From positions 36,695 through 100,694 of IMG/VR virus record IMGVR_UViG_3300006040_000001: a DNA stretch of 64,000 nt. One strand, written 5' to 3'. The translations under genes and the position numbers were made by a program. Within the stretch, counting starts at the first letter, position 1. Each line of letters begins with the position of its first letter. The notes under the pieces were generated by a model. That model saw only the letters and a program-made list of their open reading frames with translations, was not told the DNA's origin and searched no databases. Positions 10,903 to 21,318 of the stretch are shown piece after piece. Origin of the DNA: a virus.

Positions 10903-12144
10903 ATGTTAGATAAGATTATTTTAACACCTTTAAAGCTGCTCAGCGCAGCAATTGGTATTGCCAACAACACCGAAAACTTTACGGCTAGTGGCGGTTCATT
11001 AATCGGCTATACGCGTTCCACACGTGTAGAACCCATCGTGATGTTGGACCAGTCTATTCAACACCTACCATATACTGAAGAAGTATTAAAAGCACTACTC
11101 GCTATATTCTCTGCCTATTATTTACAGGCTGTCGCCATTAGTGTGAATGTCGGTAAGATCAACACCATTAAGCTCTTCGATCACTTAAACCCGGATCGTA
11201 TTGCTGACGATGGGTTTCAAGGTTCTGCTCTTAATTTGTTCAAAGGTATGGGTGCCGGTCTAGAATCAATCGCACTTACTGATGAATCCACCTATGCCAA
11301 CGGATTACCGGCTATCCGACATAACCGCGAACGCCTAACCTTAGAGGCGGTTAATATCAACATTCCTCTACCACAGCAAGGTTCTAATAATGAACGCGGC
11401 TTTATCCACCGTAGCGATGCAGACAGCGCAACTATTGATAGTAGCTGGGTTAGCGCAGGCGTAGCACCCGGTGCTAAAGTAGGTAAATCATTAAATGATG
11501 GCGCAGAGGCCGGTAATTTAGTGGTCGGTAATTTGTTAGAGGTTAACATAGAATCAGAAGGTCATAAGGCAACCATTCCGGTGATGGTACGTTTACTGGC
11601 CTCACCCATCCGTAACGATGTGTTGGTTCATATTTTATCCAAGAACGAACGGGATCTATCTATCCGTGAACGTTGGCACGATCTGATGTCTGGTCAGATT
11701 GCGTTTTTCAAAGATTTCATGTTCTGTCAAGATTTGATCGACGAACATCAAGCCACCTTAATGAAAGACGGTACCGATCAGTACGCCGAGATCCTTAAGC
11801 GCCGCCAGAAAAACCGTAATGCAGCCTGGGTAACTAAAAAGCCGTCAGCAGCAGATGCCTCTAACATTATCGTTATGTCTGAAACCACACGCAACGCAGT
11901 AGAAGCGGCCTGCGGTGGACGCCTGAAAGATTACAAAACCCGTCAGCGTATATTTGATGCGACTTATTTAATGTTGTTAGTCGTAGTAGACGTGCAGTGG
12001 GAAACCGTTACTATTTACCATCGTGGTATTGCGCTGCCTACCGTAGTTAGTGTTAAAGCTATGAAACTCGGTAATAAGAAAGGCGGTACGGATATCGGTG
12101 AGATCCTCAAAGCCTACCAATTAGGTAATGCACCTACTTACTAA
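10903..12144 (+). CDS. Inner-body/head protein, phiKZ gp89-like
   Basis: SLIGYTRSTRVEPIVMLD...YYLQAV, MFCQDLIDEH, internal GLES/TLEA sites; divergent from the gp88-like gene. Confidence 0.65.
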   Translation: MLDKIILTPLKLLSAAIGIANNTENFTASGGSLIGYTRSTRVEPIVMLDQSIQHLPYTEEVLKALLAIFSAYYLQAVAISVNVGKINTIKLFDHLNPDRIADDGFQGSALNLFKGMGAGLESIALTDESTYANGLPAIRHNRERLTLEAVNINIPLPQQGSNNERGFIHRSDADSATIDSSWVSAGVAPGAKVGKSLNDGAEAGNLVVGNLLEVNIESEGHKATIPVMVRLLASPIRNDVLVHILSKNERDLSIRERWHDLMSGQIAFFKDFMFCQDLIDEHQATLMKDGTDQYAEILKRRQKNRNAAWVTKKPSAADASNIIVMSETTRNAVEAACGGRLKDYKTRQRIFDATYLMLLVVVDVQWETVTIYHRGIALPTVVSVKAMKLGNKKGGTDIGEILKAYQLGNAPTY

Positions 12145-12162
12145 GTCATCTATGTCATCCTT

Positions 12163-12192
12163 CGGTAGGGCTTAGGGCCCTAAGCCCTACCG
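12163..12192. repeat. Perfect 30-bp palindrome / hairpin
   Basis: CGGTAGGGCTTAGGG|CCCTAAGCCCTACCG. Confidence 0.85.
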
Positions 12193-12211
12193 TCACTAGA
12201 GGTAATACCCA

Positions 12212-13105
12212 ATGAAACTAGCCGCTTATTTGCATTCGTTACTACCTAATTTTGGTAAGTCACGTTTATTATCGGATATTGACTGTATTCGTAAAGAACT
12301 AAAAGAACAAACCCTCCCGCCGTTGGTTAGTTTATCAGAAGCCTTCGGTAAACGTAAGTTTAAAAACCAGTGGGTTAATGATTTTAACCAAACCTTTATG
12401 CGTGAGGTGCCTATCAAAGTCACAGGTAACTATCTAAATGGTGTTCGTACTATCTTAGAAACAGTTGCTGAAAACTTAGATATCATCGAGCGTTTAGTTG
12501 ATGAGTATTATGCCGATGACGTGGTGCGTGACGGCATGACTTTAATCCGCGTAAATATTCTACAGTATTTAGAAACCATGTCTTTCGCTACAGCGTTCAC
12601 TCGTCGTTTGCTGGTACTCACGATGGGTCTGGAAGAAATGGAGTTTGCTCAACCTGACGAAGATCTCCCTTATACTCAAGGCGAGTTCTCTTATATCAAC
12701 GAACATCTAACGGACTACCTAACTGCGTTAACGATTTTATCGGGTAACAAACAAGCGTTGGATGAACGGTTCAAAGCAATGCCTGATATGACCGTAAATG
12801 AACATAACGTAGCTTCTACCGCTGCGGTGATTGGCCCTGTTAAAATGGATCCGTTCGGCTTTGGTTTCATAGGCGTTTCAATGAACCCTATTTACCACAT
12901 CCGCATTATGTACGCCGAGCATCAAGTACTCCAATACAAACGTGCTAAAGAACAGCGCCAACTCCTAGAGTTTAAATTACTGCGTTTGAAGCAGTTAGAC
13001 ACTGGTAAAACGGACGCTCGTTTAGAGCAACAGATCGCGTATACTCAAGCCCGTGTGGATAAGCTTACCAGCGAAATCCGCGAGATGGAGGATCAATATG
13101 CCTAG
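12212..13105 (+). CDS. Inner-body/head protein, phiKZ gp90-like
   Basis: LLPNFGKS N-terminus, NPIYHIR followed by a C-terminal coiled coil; synteny. Confidence 0.6.
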   Translation: MKLAAYLHSLLPNFGKSRLLSDIDCIRKELKEQTLPPLVSLSEAFGKRKFKNQWVNDFNQTFMREVPIKVTGNYLNGVRTILETVAENLDIIERLVDEYYADDVVRDGMTLIRVNILQYLETMSFATAFTRRLLVLTMGLEEMEFAQPDEDLPYTQGEFSYINEHLTDYLTALTILSGNKQALDERFKAMPDMTVNEHNVASTAAVIGPVKMDPFGFGFIGVSMNPIYHIRIMYAEHQVLQYKRAKEQRQLLEFKLLRLKQLDTGKTDARLEQQIAYTQARVDKLTSEIREMEDQYA

Positions 13106-13649
13106 GTTAAACCGCTACCCGCGTGGGTACGTTAGACAGCTAGAAGGTACTGCTATTGGTAGTGATGCAGCAGGCGTTACTGTTAATGAAGTGACTTCAG
13201 ACCCTACTATCGAGAACTTATATAAATTATATATGGGTGGTAGTGTTAATCGTAATAGCTGGGATTTTCGCGCTTTAGTCATTAAACGGTGTGCCCAGTT
13301 ACTGGGCGGATTCCGTCAATGGTTGTTTTTGCAGATCACGGCGAATGATTGTATCTATGACTTAAACCTTAAGTTTCTCGAAGACACGTTATTATTTATT
13401 CGTACAGGCCGCCGTGATATGGCGATTGAAAACTGGATAGAGCTATTATTAGAACATCCAGAAGAAAATCATGGCGTTGCATCCATGGCTCGTGCGGGTA
13501 GTTTTAATCTACGCGATCCAAAAGAATTCGATAACGTGATCGGACAATGGTGCGCTCACCCTGGTGGGTTCGACGATATGTTATGTACAGCACACGTGCT
13601 GTTTGGGGTATCGAAGAAACCAATGTTCGTAGCCCCTAATACAGTTTGA
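13098..13649 (+). CDS. Conserved jumbo-phage protein (gp91-like position)
   Basis: ATG at 13098 with GGAGG RBS overlapping the upstream stop; C-terminal WCAHPGGFDDML...LFG. Confidence 0.5.
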   Translation: MPRLNRYPRGYVRQLEGTAIGSDAAGVTVNEVTSDPTIENLYKLYMGGSVNRNSWDFRALVIKRCAQLLGGFRQWLFLQITANDCIYDLNLKFLEDTLLFIRTGRRDMAIENWIELLLEHPEENHGVASMARAGSFNLRDPKEFDNVIGQWCAHPGGFDDMLCTAHVLFGVSKKPMFVAPNTV

Positions 13650-13678
13650 TTGCAATCAAAACTCCGGAGTTTTAAAAT

Positions 13679-15106
13679 ATGTCACAATTTACACAATTGC
13701 TAGGCGCACGCTTAGGCTTAGAAGATTTAGTCGACGAAGTCGCACCAGAAGAAACCGTTGAATTAGACGGTAGCGAAACCGTCGAAGGCGCAAATGGCGA
13801 AGTATTAGAAGCTGAAGCTGAAGTCGAACAGTCTGAAGACTTGGTCGATGAGTTGCAGGAAGGCGGCGATACTTTAACTGAAGTGGCTGCTGTTTTGGAA
13901 TCCGCTATTAAGATGAACGGTGGCTTGGATCCAATCGCTGCTAAGTTCTGTAAAATCGCTATTGAGTCCGCTACCCGTAAAATCGGTATTGGTTCGACTA
14001 TGACTGCGTCGTTGGAAAACATTGGCGTAGGCAGTGCTAAACTCCAAGCTACGCGTGTTACCTTGGAAAACATCCAAGAAAAACTCAAAGGCTGGTGGCG
14101 TGCGCTGGTATCGGCAATGGTTAGCCTCTACAACAAAGTAAAAGCAATGGTATTATCGTTGTTTGATTTGTTACCTAAAATCAAAGAACGTGCAGCAGCT
14201 ATGGTAAAAACAGCTGCCGATACCAAAGGTACTGCTAAAGAAGCCAAATTCAAATCTGGCTTAGTCGGCGCATTACGCGTGGCTAACACTGTACCTACTG
14301 GCGCCGATGTCGTTAAAGGTATTGATGATTTAGCATTTGACGCGTTGTCCGTTATTGGTGGTAAAACAGCGTCTAGCGATGCAGCTATTTTAGCAGACTT
14401 GAGTGCGGTAGTGGCCGGTTTAGGTGATAAATTAGACCAAACTAAAATCGATGGTTTGTGCAAAGCTATTTTCGATAAATTAGCGGCGCGTGCTAAATCA
14501 TACGGCGCTGTTATTGATGGCGATGCCAAAAAATACGGTAGCGACGATGCTAATGTCAAAATTAGTAAAATGCTATTAGGTGGTGTAGTCATCGCTGTTA
14601 AAGTACCTAAGTCATTGACCGACAGCGAAGGCAAAGCGTTTCCAGCTAACCGTCTCGTACGTCAATCAGGTGCTAGCATCGAAGATGCGTTCAAAGGCGA
14701 CAAAGGCGTTACTGAAGGCGAGTTGACCACGTTGACGTTGGATGAGGTTTCTACATTAGCGAAGAAAGTAATTAGCTTATGTGATACTAGTATTCAATAC
14801 AAAGCAACCTTCACTAACCGCGATGGCGAACGTTCTAAGTTAACAGCTGTAGTTGACAAAGCTATTGACATCGCCTCTAAAGGTACTGAAGGCGAAGGTA
14901 GCGCCGAGTTGATTAAAGCCGTGCAGTCCGGTGGCGATGCGTTACAGGCATACTGGTCTAAAGGCATTAGCTTTGAGTCCAAGTTCCTTAGCTACGTGAC
15001 TAAAGCCATGCAGGCGTGTTTGGGTTACGGTGCCGCTTCGTTGAAGCAGTACGGTGCTGAAGCCGTTAAAACAGAAGAGCCTAAGAAAGAAGAGCCCGCT
15101 GCTTAA
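13679..15106 (+). CDS. Abundant internal head protein, phiKZ gp93-like (phiKZ_IP-type) family
   Basis: Acidic propeptide with GLED, VLES, AIES, SLEN, TLEN, then helix KLKGWWRAL; high-expression codon usage. Confidence 0.7.
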   Translation: MSQFTQLLGARLGLEDLVDEVAPEETVELDGSETVEGANGEVLEAEAEVEQSEDLVDELQEGGDTLTEVAAVLESAIKMNGGLDPIAAKFCKIAIESATRKIGIGSTMTASLENIGVGSAKLQATRVTLENIQEKLKGWWRALVSAMVSLYNKVKAMVLSLFDLLPKIKERAAAMVKTAADTKGTAKEAKFKSGLVGALRVANTVPTGADVVKGIDDLAFDALSVIGGKTASSDAAILADLSAVVAGLGDKLDQTKIDGLCKAIFDKLAARAKSYGAVIDGDAKKYGSDDANVKISKMLLGGVVIAVKVPKSLTDSEGKAFPANRLVRQSGASIEDAFKGDKGVTEGELTTLTLDEVSTLAKKVISLCDTSIQYKATFTNRDGERSKLTAVVDKAIDIASKGTEGEGSAELIKAVQSGGDALQAYWSKGISFESKFLSYVTKAMQACLGYGAASLKQYGAEAVKTEEPKKEEPAA

Positions 15107-15126
15107 TTCTTTGGTTTAGTTAATAC

Positions 15127-15158
15127 AGTGGTCTCCTTACGCGCGTAAGGAGACCACT
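15127..15158. repeat. Perfect 32-bp palindrome / hairpin
   Basis: AGTGGTCTCCTTACGC|GCGTAAGGAGACCACT. Confidence 0.85.
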
Positions 15159-15159
15159 C

Positions 15160-15199
15160 TCCTTTTATGCAGGAATTTGATCATGTCACAATTTACACA
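15160..15199 (+). repeat. 40-bp leader/start repeat copy A (TATG, RBS, first codons)
   Basis: TCCTTTTATGCAGGAATTTGATCATGTCACAATTTACACA, identical to 35985-36024. TATG is the phiKZ late-promoter motif. Confidence 0.85.
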
Positions 15200-16652
15200 G
15201 ATGCTTGGCATCCGCTTAGGTTTAGAAGATTTAGTCGACGAAGTCGCACCAGTGCCGACTCCGGGTGATGGTATTGATAGTGAAGTTACGGAATCGTTTA
15301 TCGCCACCGACAGCGCTGAATCTGAGGTAGAAGATACAGCGAGTAATATTGCTAAGTTAGAAGACACTACAGCATCCTTAGAGCGTATTGCATTTGCTCT
15401 TGAATCAATGAGTGGTCGTCAGCTTAGCGATGATGCGTTGGTGTTTTTAAATATCGGTATGGAAAATGCGATGCAGCCGTTTAGACCTGCTGCCGATCAA
15501 TCTACCGGATCCGGTGATTCTAAAGAAGCCAAAAAAGGCATCGTTGCTAAATTGATCGCTGCCTGGGATGCCTTCGTACAAATGATGAAGAAACTATGGG
15601 ATAGTATCTCCGGTTACTTCCAACGTTTGTTCAGCACAGCCGCCAGCATGCGTAAAAAAGCAGCAGCTATTTTAGCCAGTGCCCGTAGTGTTAAAGACAC
15701 CGCCGGCGGTAAAAAGTTCGAGATGAACGCTAACGAAATTCAATGTGACGGCAAGATCCCAGCTCCGGCTGAGTTCGTATCCAAGCTTACCGAGTTAGCT
15801 AAATCCACTACCGATGGTTTAGTCGGCCAATATTCATTAGCAGGCCGCGGTTACATCGAGGATCTTATTGCCAAAGTAAAATCTATTGGAGACTCAGTAC
15901 CCGACGATGCAACCTTTGATTCACACGGCGATAAAAAGGCAGCGTTCTTCGCTATGAAGGATGTAACTAACCTAAAAGAAGCTATGGTTAACGGCGCTAT
16001 TAAGATCTCCTACGGTCTTGGTATTACTGCCGATGCCAGTGCCGATGTCAAAAAAGACGCCGGTGAGGCTACTTACGTTAAAATGTCTAAATCACCGTTT
16101 ATTGGTGATCGTGTGTTTGTATTTACTTGCATAAAAGACGCAAAGCCTTTGGACGGCGGTAAGCATAGTGACTTCGTAGCCTGGTGCCGCAGTATTAAGT
16201 TCAGTGTGGTAGACAGCGGTGCAACGCGTATAGAGCGCGGTGAAGTTGAGGCATTGTCTGTGGAGCAACTTGCCACAGTTTGCGGCGACGTAATGAATAC
16301 CTGCGACGCTATCCTTAAGTTCAAAGACATCTGGTTCAAAGAATATAAAACGTTCTCTGACTACAACGATGCCTTCCGCGACCAGATGAAAAAGATAACC
16401 AACATTTATTTAACGGATACCGAAAAGCAAAAGCTCAATAATAACGGTGGTAAGATGTCATTTATGGATCTTATGGGTCTGGATTTTATCCAGGCTCTTA
16501 AAGCTCTTAACAGTGGCGTAGCTACTACTATTAGCGGGTTTGGTCGTTTTGAAAACGAACTATGCAAACAAGCAATGCGTAATTCCCACGCAGCGTTAAC
16601 GTATGCTGAACGTTCGTTGAAAGAACATACTACACCAGCTAAAGCTGAGTAA
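15183..16652 (+). CDS. Internal head protein, gp93-like paralog
   Basis: N-terminus MSQFTQMLGIRLGLEDLVDE shared with 13679 and 36008; SLER, ALES and GMEN sites. Confidence 0.7.
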   Translation: MSQFTQMLGIRLGLEDLVDEVAPVPTPGDGIDSEVTESFIATDSAESEVEDTASNIAKLEDTTASLERIAFALESMSGRQLSDDALVFLNIGMENAMQPFRPAADQSTGSGDSKEAKKGIVAKLIAAWDAFVQMMKKLWDSISGYFQRLFSTAASMRKKAAAILASARSVKDTAGGKKFEMNANEIQCDGKIPAPAEFVSKLTELAKSTTDGLVGQYSLAGRGYIEDLIAKVKSIGDSVPDDATFDSHGDKKAAFFAMKDVTNLKEAMVNGAIKISYGLGITADASADVKKDAGEATYVKMSKSPFIGDRVFVFTCIKDAKPLDGGKHSDFVAWCRSIKFSVVDSGATRIERGEVEALSVEQLATVCGDVMNTCDAILKFKDIWFKEYKTFSDYNDAFRDQMKKITNIYLTDTEKQKLNNNGGKMSFMDLMGLDFIQALKALNSGVATTISGFGRFENELCKQAMRNSHAALTYAERSLKEHTTPAKAE

Positions 16653-16657
16653 CACAT

Positions 16658-16697
16658 TACTCATTACAGCGACCTAGGTCGCTGTAATGAGTATGCC
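16658..16697 (+). terminator. Perfect 36-bp palindrome overlapping TATGCC at operon end
   Basis: TACTCATTACAGCGACCT|AGGTCGCTGTAATGAGTA (16658-16693), TATGCC at 16692-16697. Confidence 0.7.
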
Positions 16698-16748
16698 GTA
16701 ATTATAAACTAATCGATATTATACTACGATTCCAACTACTCTGAATGA

Positions 16749-16756
16749 TATATTAT
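16749..16756 (+). promoter_or_regulatory. Putative early (virion RNAP) promoter
   Basis: TATATTAT, one mismatch to the phiKZ early consensus TATATTAC, in AT-rich intergenic DNA ahead of an accessory cluster. Confidence 0.5.
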
Positions 16757-16814
16757 TAATTCGGTAGTAATTACTACAATGGTTTACGACCACTAACTTT
16801 AGCCGAGTACCAGT

Positions 16815-17330
16815 ATGTATTTAATTAAACCTTTATTAGAGCCACAGTTAATTAATGTGACCTTAATGGAAGCCAACGACGGCGTTTGGATGCAAGGACG
16901 TTATCAATCTGATGACTTACTCGACGGAGTCTCTTATATCAGTTTTAACGGACTACCCTCTACGTTATCAATGTCACTAATAACCCCAGTAGTCGCAGCA
17001 CTGCTTAGTGGCGTTACGGTTGATGCCATGTTAGTACAGCAGCAGATATACGCGCAAGCCAGTGGTCTGTGCTATAGCCTACTCCGTGAGCTACACCACC
17101 ATACGCAGTTAGGTGCTGTGGTTGACTACGGGAATGATATATGCATAATGGTCAACCTACAGCTCGCCGATAACTACCTTAAAGGCGAGGTAATGTTAAT
17201 CGCAGGTATAGAGTTTATACCGGCTAAGCTAGAGTTCGAACGCTCAGTAACACAACTAACATTACCAACTGAAGCAACACCGACACCCCCGTTGGTAGCC
17301 CCTAACCCTAATCGGCATAAACTCCATTAA
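16815..17330 (+). CDS. Hypothetical protein (accessory array member)
   Basis: 171-aa ORF downstream of the putative early promoter. Confidence 0.6.
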   Translation: MYLIKPLLEPQLINVTLMEANDGVWMQGRYQSDDLLDGVSYISFNGLPSTLSMSLITPVVAALLSGVTVDAMLVQQQIYAQASGLCYSLLRELHHHTQLGAVVDYGNDICIMVNLQLADNYLKGEVMLIAGIEFIPAKLEFERSVTQLTLPTEATPTPPLVAPNPNRHKLH

Positions 17331-17343
17331 CAGGATAACCGTT

Positions 17344-19290
17344 ATGATTAACACCTTAGATAAAACATTCACTTTAGCTAAACCCCCTTTACTAGAACGT
17401 TACCCTGAGTTAGATGGCGCTGAAGTAAGCGTAGGTATGGGGTTGCGCGGATACGTCTTAGATGGCGATGACAACGGCAGTGTTACTTACTATAAAGGCA
17501 CCGACGTTAGCGGTAAACAGCTCTTAGATATGTTAGGTATTATGTTAGATGTAATACCGAATCGGTTTGCTGAGAAAGCTTCGCTGATCGTACATGTACT
17601 CACTAACGTCCGACGTAACACTAAGTCCCGTATTAGCTTCAATACCGTGTATGGCATCTCCTTAGGCGCTATCGACGCTGCCCCGGAGTGCGTGACGTTA
17701 GAGATCTATGTAAGTCCCTATAGAACATCTAACACCGGGATCTTTAACACAGAGGTTATACTTTATATAGGTGCCACTGATACCGAAATGTTAGATAAGC
17801 TCTGGACTGACGTAGTCCCACCTACTCCAGGTAGTTACTATAGGCGTACCTTAAGCGTCGATGCACGCTATCCTGAGTTAGCAGGTAATGAAACAGGTGG
17901 GTGTAATTGGCATGACGGACATCTAACCGAGTACGAGTTAGATACTAATACGGTATGGGTATACCAGGCGGATGACGTAAATGAAAATACATTGCGCGAC
18001 GTATGGAATTCATTTATAAAGTTACTACGCCATGTAGAGTTTACCAAAATAGCCTATCGATTTATCGCTGAGTTTCCAGCCTTAGCTGACGCAGATGGCG
18101 TTATCGATAAATCATACTACCACCAAGGCATTGATAGTTCGGTAGCGGTTCGATACCACATACCTGTTTCTACCAATGGCCGCTATAACCCGGAGATTAT
18201 TGTGTATAAAGGCGACCCCAATACTGAGACTTACCGTACGATGACCCATAATCCTAAACCCTATACCCCACCAGAACCGCCTGTAAACCAACTAACATAC
18301 GAGGTTACTGATGTCAGCAACATATCGATTAAACCGCCTCGCCGTTTCGCGCGGTATTTTGGTCGTATAGTCGAGAATAGACTAATGGATGCTTTGTCAC
18401 CTGATGTAAATAGCATTATGTGCACAGGTAACCAAGCCTATCCTGGTACGGTCGAAGATCGTTTTTTAGAAATAATCGAGCAATTACAACTAGTCGAACC
18501 AGATGAAGTCCCGGTCGATGCGTTGATCCAGGTACAGAAATTCGTAAATGATGCCGTACCTAACTCGGTTATGGATTTTAACTACACGGCATTGACGCCA
18601 CAGCGTGCCATCAGTTTTAATGTCTTCGTGTATTATGCGGGAGCCGGCATTACCTATTGCGTTACAGGTTATACAGGCTCGTCTGAACGTGACTTCATAT
18701 TAGAATCAACCGACCTAGTGTTAGATATGGATGTAGCTAAATCAGCTAACGATACATTAACTACTAAACGCGTGCCATGGAATACACCGGTCCCTGCTAT
18801 TTTAGGTACTGATGTATTGAAGGCGGATTGTATCAAACATCTACCCAATCGATTGTTCCACCGTGTGTTGATTAGTTATGCTGGTACGGCTATGTCTGAA
18901 ACGATACTGGGTGACAGTATGCTAAAACAAGCGATTACAGCAGCTAAGTCTATTAAGACTCACTACGGTAATCGTCAGTATAATTTCGTGATCGAACTAC
19001 CCGAAGTCGAAGGTATTGCTACGATCTGGTTTTATACAGGGTTTAATGCTACGGAGGTAGATGACCTAGCCAATGAGTTCTTAGACAAAGTTCACGATCT
19101 GGTTAGACAGCTCCCTAGTGATATGGCGCCTGATGGGGTGGTGGCGTCGATGCTGCGTTTACTTGATGGGGGTCACCGCGGGTTAGGTTATATACTGACC
19201 CCGCGTGAATCTAACGTCAAAGCTCGCAGCTTACCTGACAACCTATCGCGTCGTTGGGTTGATCGTATCCTACGCCACGATCCGAAATAA
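17344..19290 (+). CDS. Hypothetical protein with 3-4 internal ~140-aa repeats
   Basis: RYPELDGAE / RYPELAGNE and GIFNTEVILYIG / GRYNPEIIVYKG repeats; AGGA RBS. Confidence 0.7.
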   Translation: MINTLDKTFTLAKPPLLERYPELDGAEVSVGMGLRGYVLDGDDNGSVTYYKGTDVSGKQLLDMLGIMLDVIPNRFAEKASLIVHVLTNVRRNTKSRISFNTVYGISLGAIDAAPECVTLEIYVSPYRTSNTGIFNTEVILYIGATDTEMLDKLWTDVVPPTPGSYYRRTLSVDARYPELAGNETGGCNWHDGHLTEYELDTNTVWVYQADDVNENTLRDVWNSFIKLLRHVEFTKIAYRFIAEFPALADADGVIDKSYYHQGIDSSVAVRYHIPVSTNGRYNPEIIVYKGDPNTETYRTMTHNPKPYTPPEPPVNQLTYEVTDVSNISIKPPRRFARYFGRIVENRLMDALSPDVNSIMCTGNQAYPGTVEDRFLEIIEQLQLVEPDEVPVDALIQVQKFVNDAVPNSVMDFNYTALTPQRAISFNVFVYYAGAGITYCVTGYTGSSERDFILESTDLVLDMDVAKSANDTLTTKRVPWNTPVPAILGTDVLKADCIKHLPNRLFHRVLISYAGTAMSETILGDSMLKQAITAAKSIKTHYGNRQYNFVIELPEVEGIATIWFYTGFNATEVDDLANEFLDKVHDLVRQLPSDMAPDGVVASMLRLLDGGHRGLGYILTPRESNVKARSLPDNLSRRWVDRILRHDPK

Positions 19291-19311
19291 AGTCAGTTAT
19301 ACATTATTAAC

Positions 19312-19334
19312 AGGAGTAAGTTACCCTTACTCCT
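19312..19334 (+). terminator. Intergenic hairpin
   Basis: AGGAGTAAG-TTACC-CTTACTCCT. Confidence 0.45.
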
Positions 19335-19365
19335 ATCAACCACTATCATTCATGGAAATACTACT

Positions 19366-20244
19366 ATGCGTTCGTTAAAAGACTTAGCTTTATCGTACGA
19401 GCATGCCAAATTGAAAACGGGCATCTTCGACATGTATTTTAAATATATGTTACCAGTAGAAGGTACACCGGTTGACGGTATCTCGATGTCAACCACACCA
19501 GCGCGTGATATGACTTTGGTACATATCCCGAACATTGGTCTGGATATTTTACATTGCCTCTACCCCGGTTTAATCCGTAAGTCCGGCCTGATGCCTCAGC
19601 ATTTCGGCATTAACTGTTACTCAGCTTTACTCCGCTATAATGGCTTATGGACGCATTTTGGTATTAGTCTAGATGATGAGAACCTCTGTACGCTCACACT
19701 GGTACAGGCTAACGGCGCATCGGGAATCGCTAAGCTCCGCCGTGCGCTGAACGAGCAGTTTGATTATGCTCAGCGTAACATGGTCTATAATTTCCGCAAC
19801 CGATCAATCGTCAGTAACGCTCGCCGTATGGCATTACCGATTACTAAGACTGGTCAATGTCACAACACTGAAGTATCGACCCTGCTCTACGGTGATACAC
19901 CATTGACGTTAGTGGTTATCCGTGATTACGAATTTTCATTTAATCAACAACAGCGTGAGCTGATCACACCGGTGTTTGCATTACTGGATAGCGATAAACT
20001 TAAACGCTACTTAGATAATACGGAATCGTACGATACATCCGATGCATACGAATATGCAGCTGGTGCTATACATGGCCGCTATGCCTATTTCACTAATGCC
20101 CAGCGTGGTATGGATGGCGTAGGCGCGCTAGTAAGTGTATTTACTAATCCGTGTACCGGGATGGTTGCATGCGAATTCTTAATCGGACCGGGGGTAGCAT
20201 GCCATGCGTTCATGGGTAATGTAATGCCGATCATTAGCGAATAA
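19366..20244 (+). CDS. Hypothetical protein
   Basis: 292-aa ORF in a co-directional cluster. Confidence 0.6.
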   Translation: MRSLKDLALSYEHAKLKTGIFDMYFKYMLPVEGTPVDGISMSTTPARDMTLVHIPNIGLDILHCLYPGLIRKSGLMPQHFGINCYSALLRYNGLWTHFGISLDDENLCTLTLVQANGASGIAKLRRALNEQFDYAQRNMVYNFRNRSIVSNARRMALPITKTGQCHNTEVSTLLYGDTPLTLVVIRDYEFSFNQQQRELITPVFALLDSDKLKRYLDNTESYDTSDAYEYAAGAIHGRYAYFTNAQRGMDGVGALVSVFTNPCTGMVACEFLIGPGVACHAFMGNVMPIISE

Positions 20245-20255
20245 ACTATCAACTC

Positions 20256-20280
20256 ATACGGGCACACTACGTGCCCGTAT
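20256..20280 (+). terminator. Intergenic hairpin
   Basis: ATACGGGCAC-ACTAC-GTGCCCGTAT. Confidence 0.45.
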
Positions 20281-20303
20281 TACTATTATTAACGAGGATT
20301 ATC

Positions 20304-20732
20304 ATGACTATACCAAAAGGTCTTTTAAATATTAAGTCAGCATTAGGGTTGGAAGGCATACACTTAGATCATTGTGTAGGTCAGCACCTCTATACAGGTA
20401 CTAACCCTTCCATAGCCGATACCAAACTATGGGTGTACAGCGCTGAGCGGGTAGTTAATACGCAGCAAGCGATCAATGCAATCTTTGAACGGTTTAGAAT
20501 CCCGTTAGGAACGTACCGTGAATTCATGAAGCAGTATTTTCAGATCTTAGCGTCTGATGATATGGAAGGGTATTTCTGGGTAAAGACCATCAAAGGACCC
20601 ACGCAGTATTTACACGTGTATCTCTGCTTACACAGCGACTATAAAGTTGCTGATATGCAATTTGCTATAGCAGGACCTATCGGTCATGCTACTATTAGCC
20701 AGGCCTATAAGTCGCTAGCTAACGCCTCGTAA
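20304..20732 (+). CDS. Hypothetical protein
   Basis: GAGGA RBS before ATG at 20304. Confidence 0.6.
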   Translation: MTIPKGLLNIKSALGLEGIHLDHCVGQHLYTGTNPSIADTKLWVYSAERVVNTQQAINAIFERFRIPLGTYREFMKQYFQILASDDMEGYFWVKTIKGPTQYLHVYLCLHSDYKVADMQFAIAGPIGHATISQAYKSLANAS

Positions 20733-20770
20733 CACTAACACCATACTACTAACTTTCAGGAATTACTACA

Positions 20771-21241
20771 ATGAACTTCGCTCCTTTATCTGCTGTATAT
20801 GGCAGCCTAATTACCCCTCGCCGCGATCCTATTAAGTTCGCAGGTGGTTTGTTGCATACGCAAACGGCTATGGATATGAAACCACGCGGATTGTGTGTGG
20901 TATACAGTTTATCCAGAGTTGGTTTTTGGGACTTAGGCACAGCGGTAGTTGTGTTGTTAGCGGGATTCGAACCCAAGACAGCGCAGCGTATATCGGATAC
21001 CGTAGCCGAGGCTATCGGTAAATTACAACTCCAGGATTCCGTTGATATCGAACGGGATTGTACCGTGTCACAATCGACAGCCATACACGTACGCATTACG
21101 CGCGAACGTGGGTTTATCGAAAGATGTACATTGGAGTTAATGGTTGCAACGCATGAGCTAGTAGCGGTGGCACAGTCAGCTGGTATAGCCAGACGGACTG
21201 AGACGAGTGATGTGGATTTATTAAACCTTAGACCGATCTAA
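20771..21241 (+). CDS. Hypothetical protein
   Basis: AGGA RBS, 156 aa. Confidence 0.6.
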   Translation: MNFAPLSAVYGSLITPRRDPIKFAGGLLHTQTAMDMKPRGLCVVYSLSRVGFWDLGTAVVVLLAGFEPKTAQRISDTVAEAIGKLQLQDSVDIERDCTVSQSTAIHVRITRERGFIERCTLELMVATHELVAVAQSAGIARRTETSDVDLLNLRPI

Positions 21242-21257
21242 ACTGGTCTAACTGAGT

Positions 21258-21277
21258 CGCGGCTTCGGCCGCGTTTT
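21258..21277 (+). terminator. Classical intrinsic terminator with cUUCGg tetraloop
   Basis: CGCGGC-TTCG-GCCGCG-TTTT. Confidence 0.65.
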
Positions 21278-21318
21278 AAATAATTTCTTTTTTGTCCTTT
21301 TACACAGAGAGCATTGAT

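Noticed and set aside
16761-16806. Possible multi-branch RNA structure in the leader of 16815 (GTAGTAATTACTAC palindrome; TGGT-TTACG-ACCA)
   Set aside because: Short AT-rich stems, single copy, no covariation support
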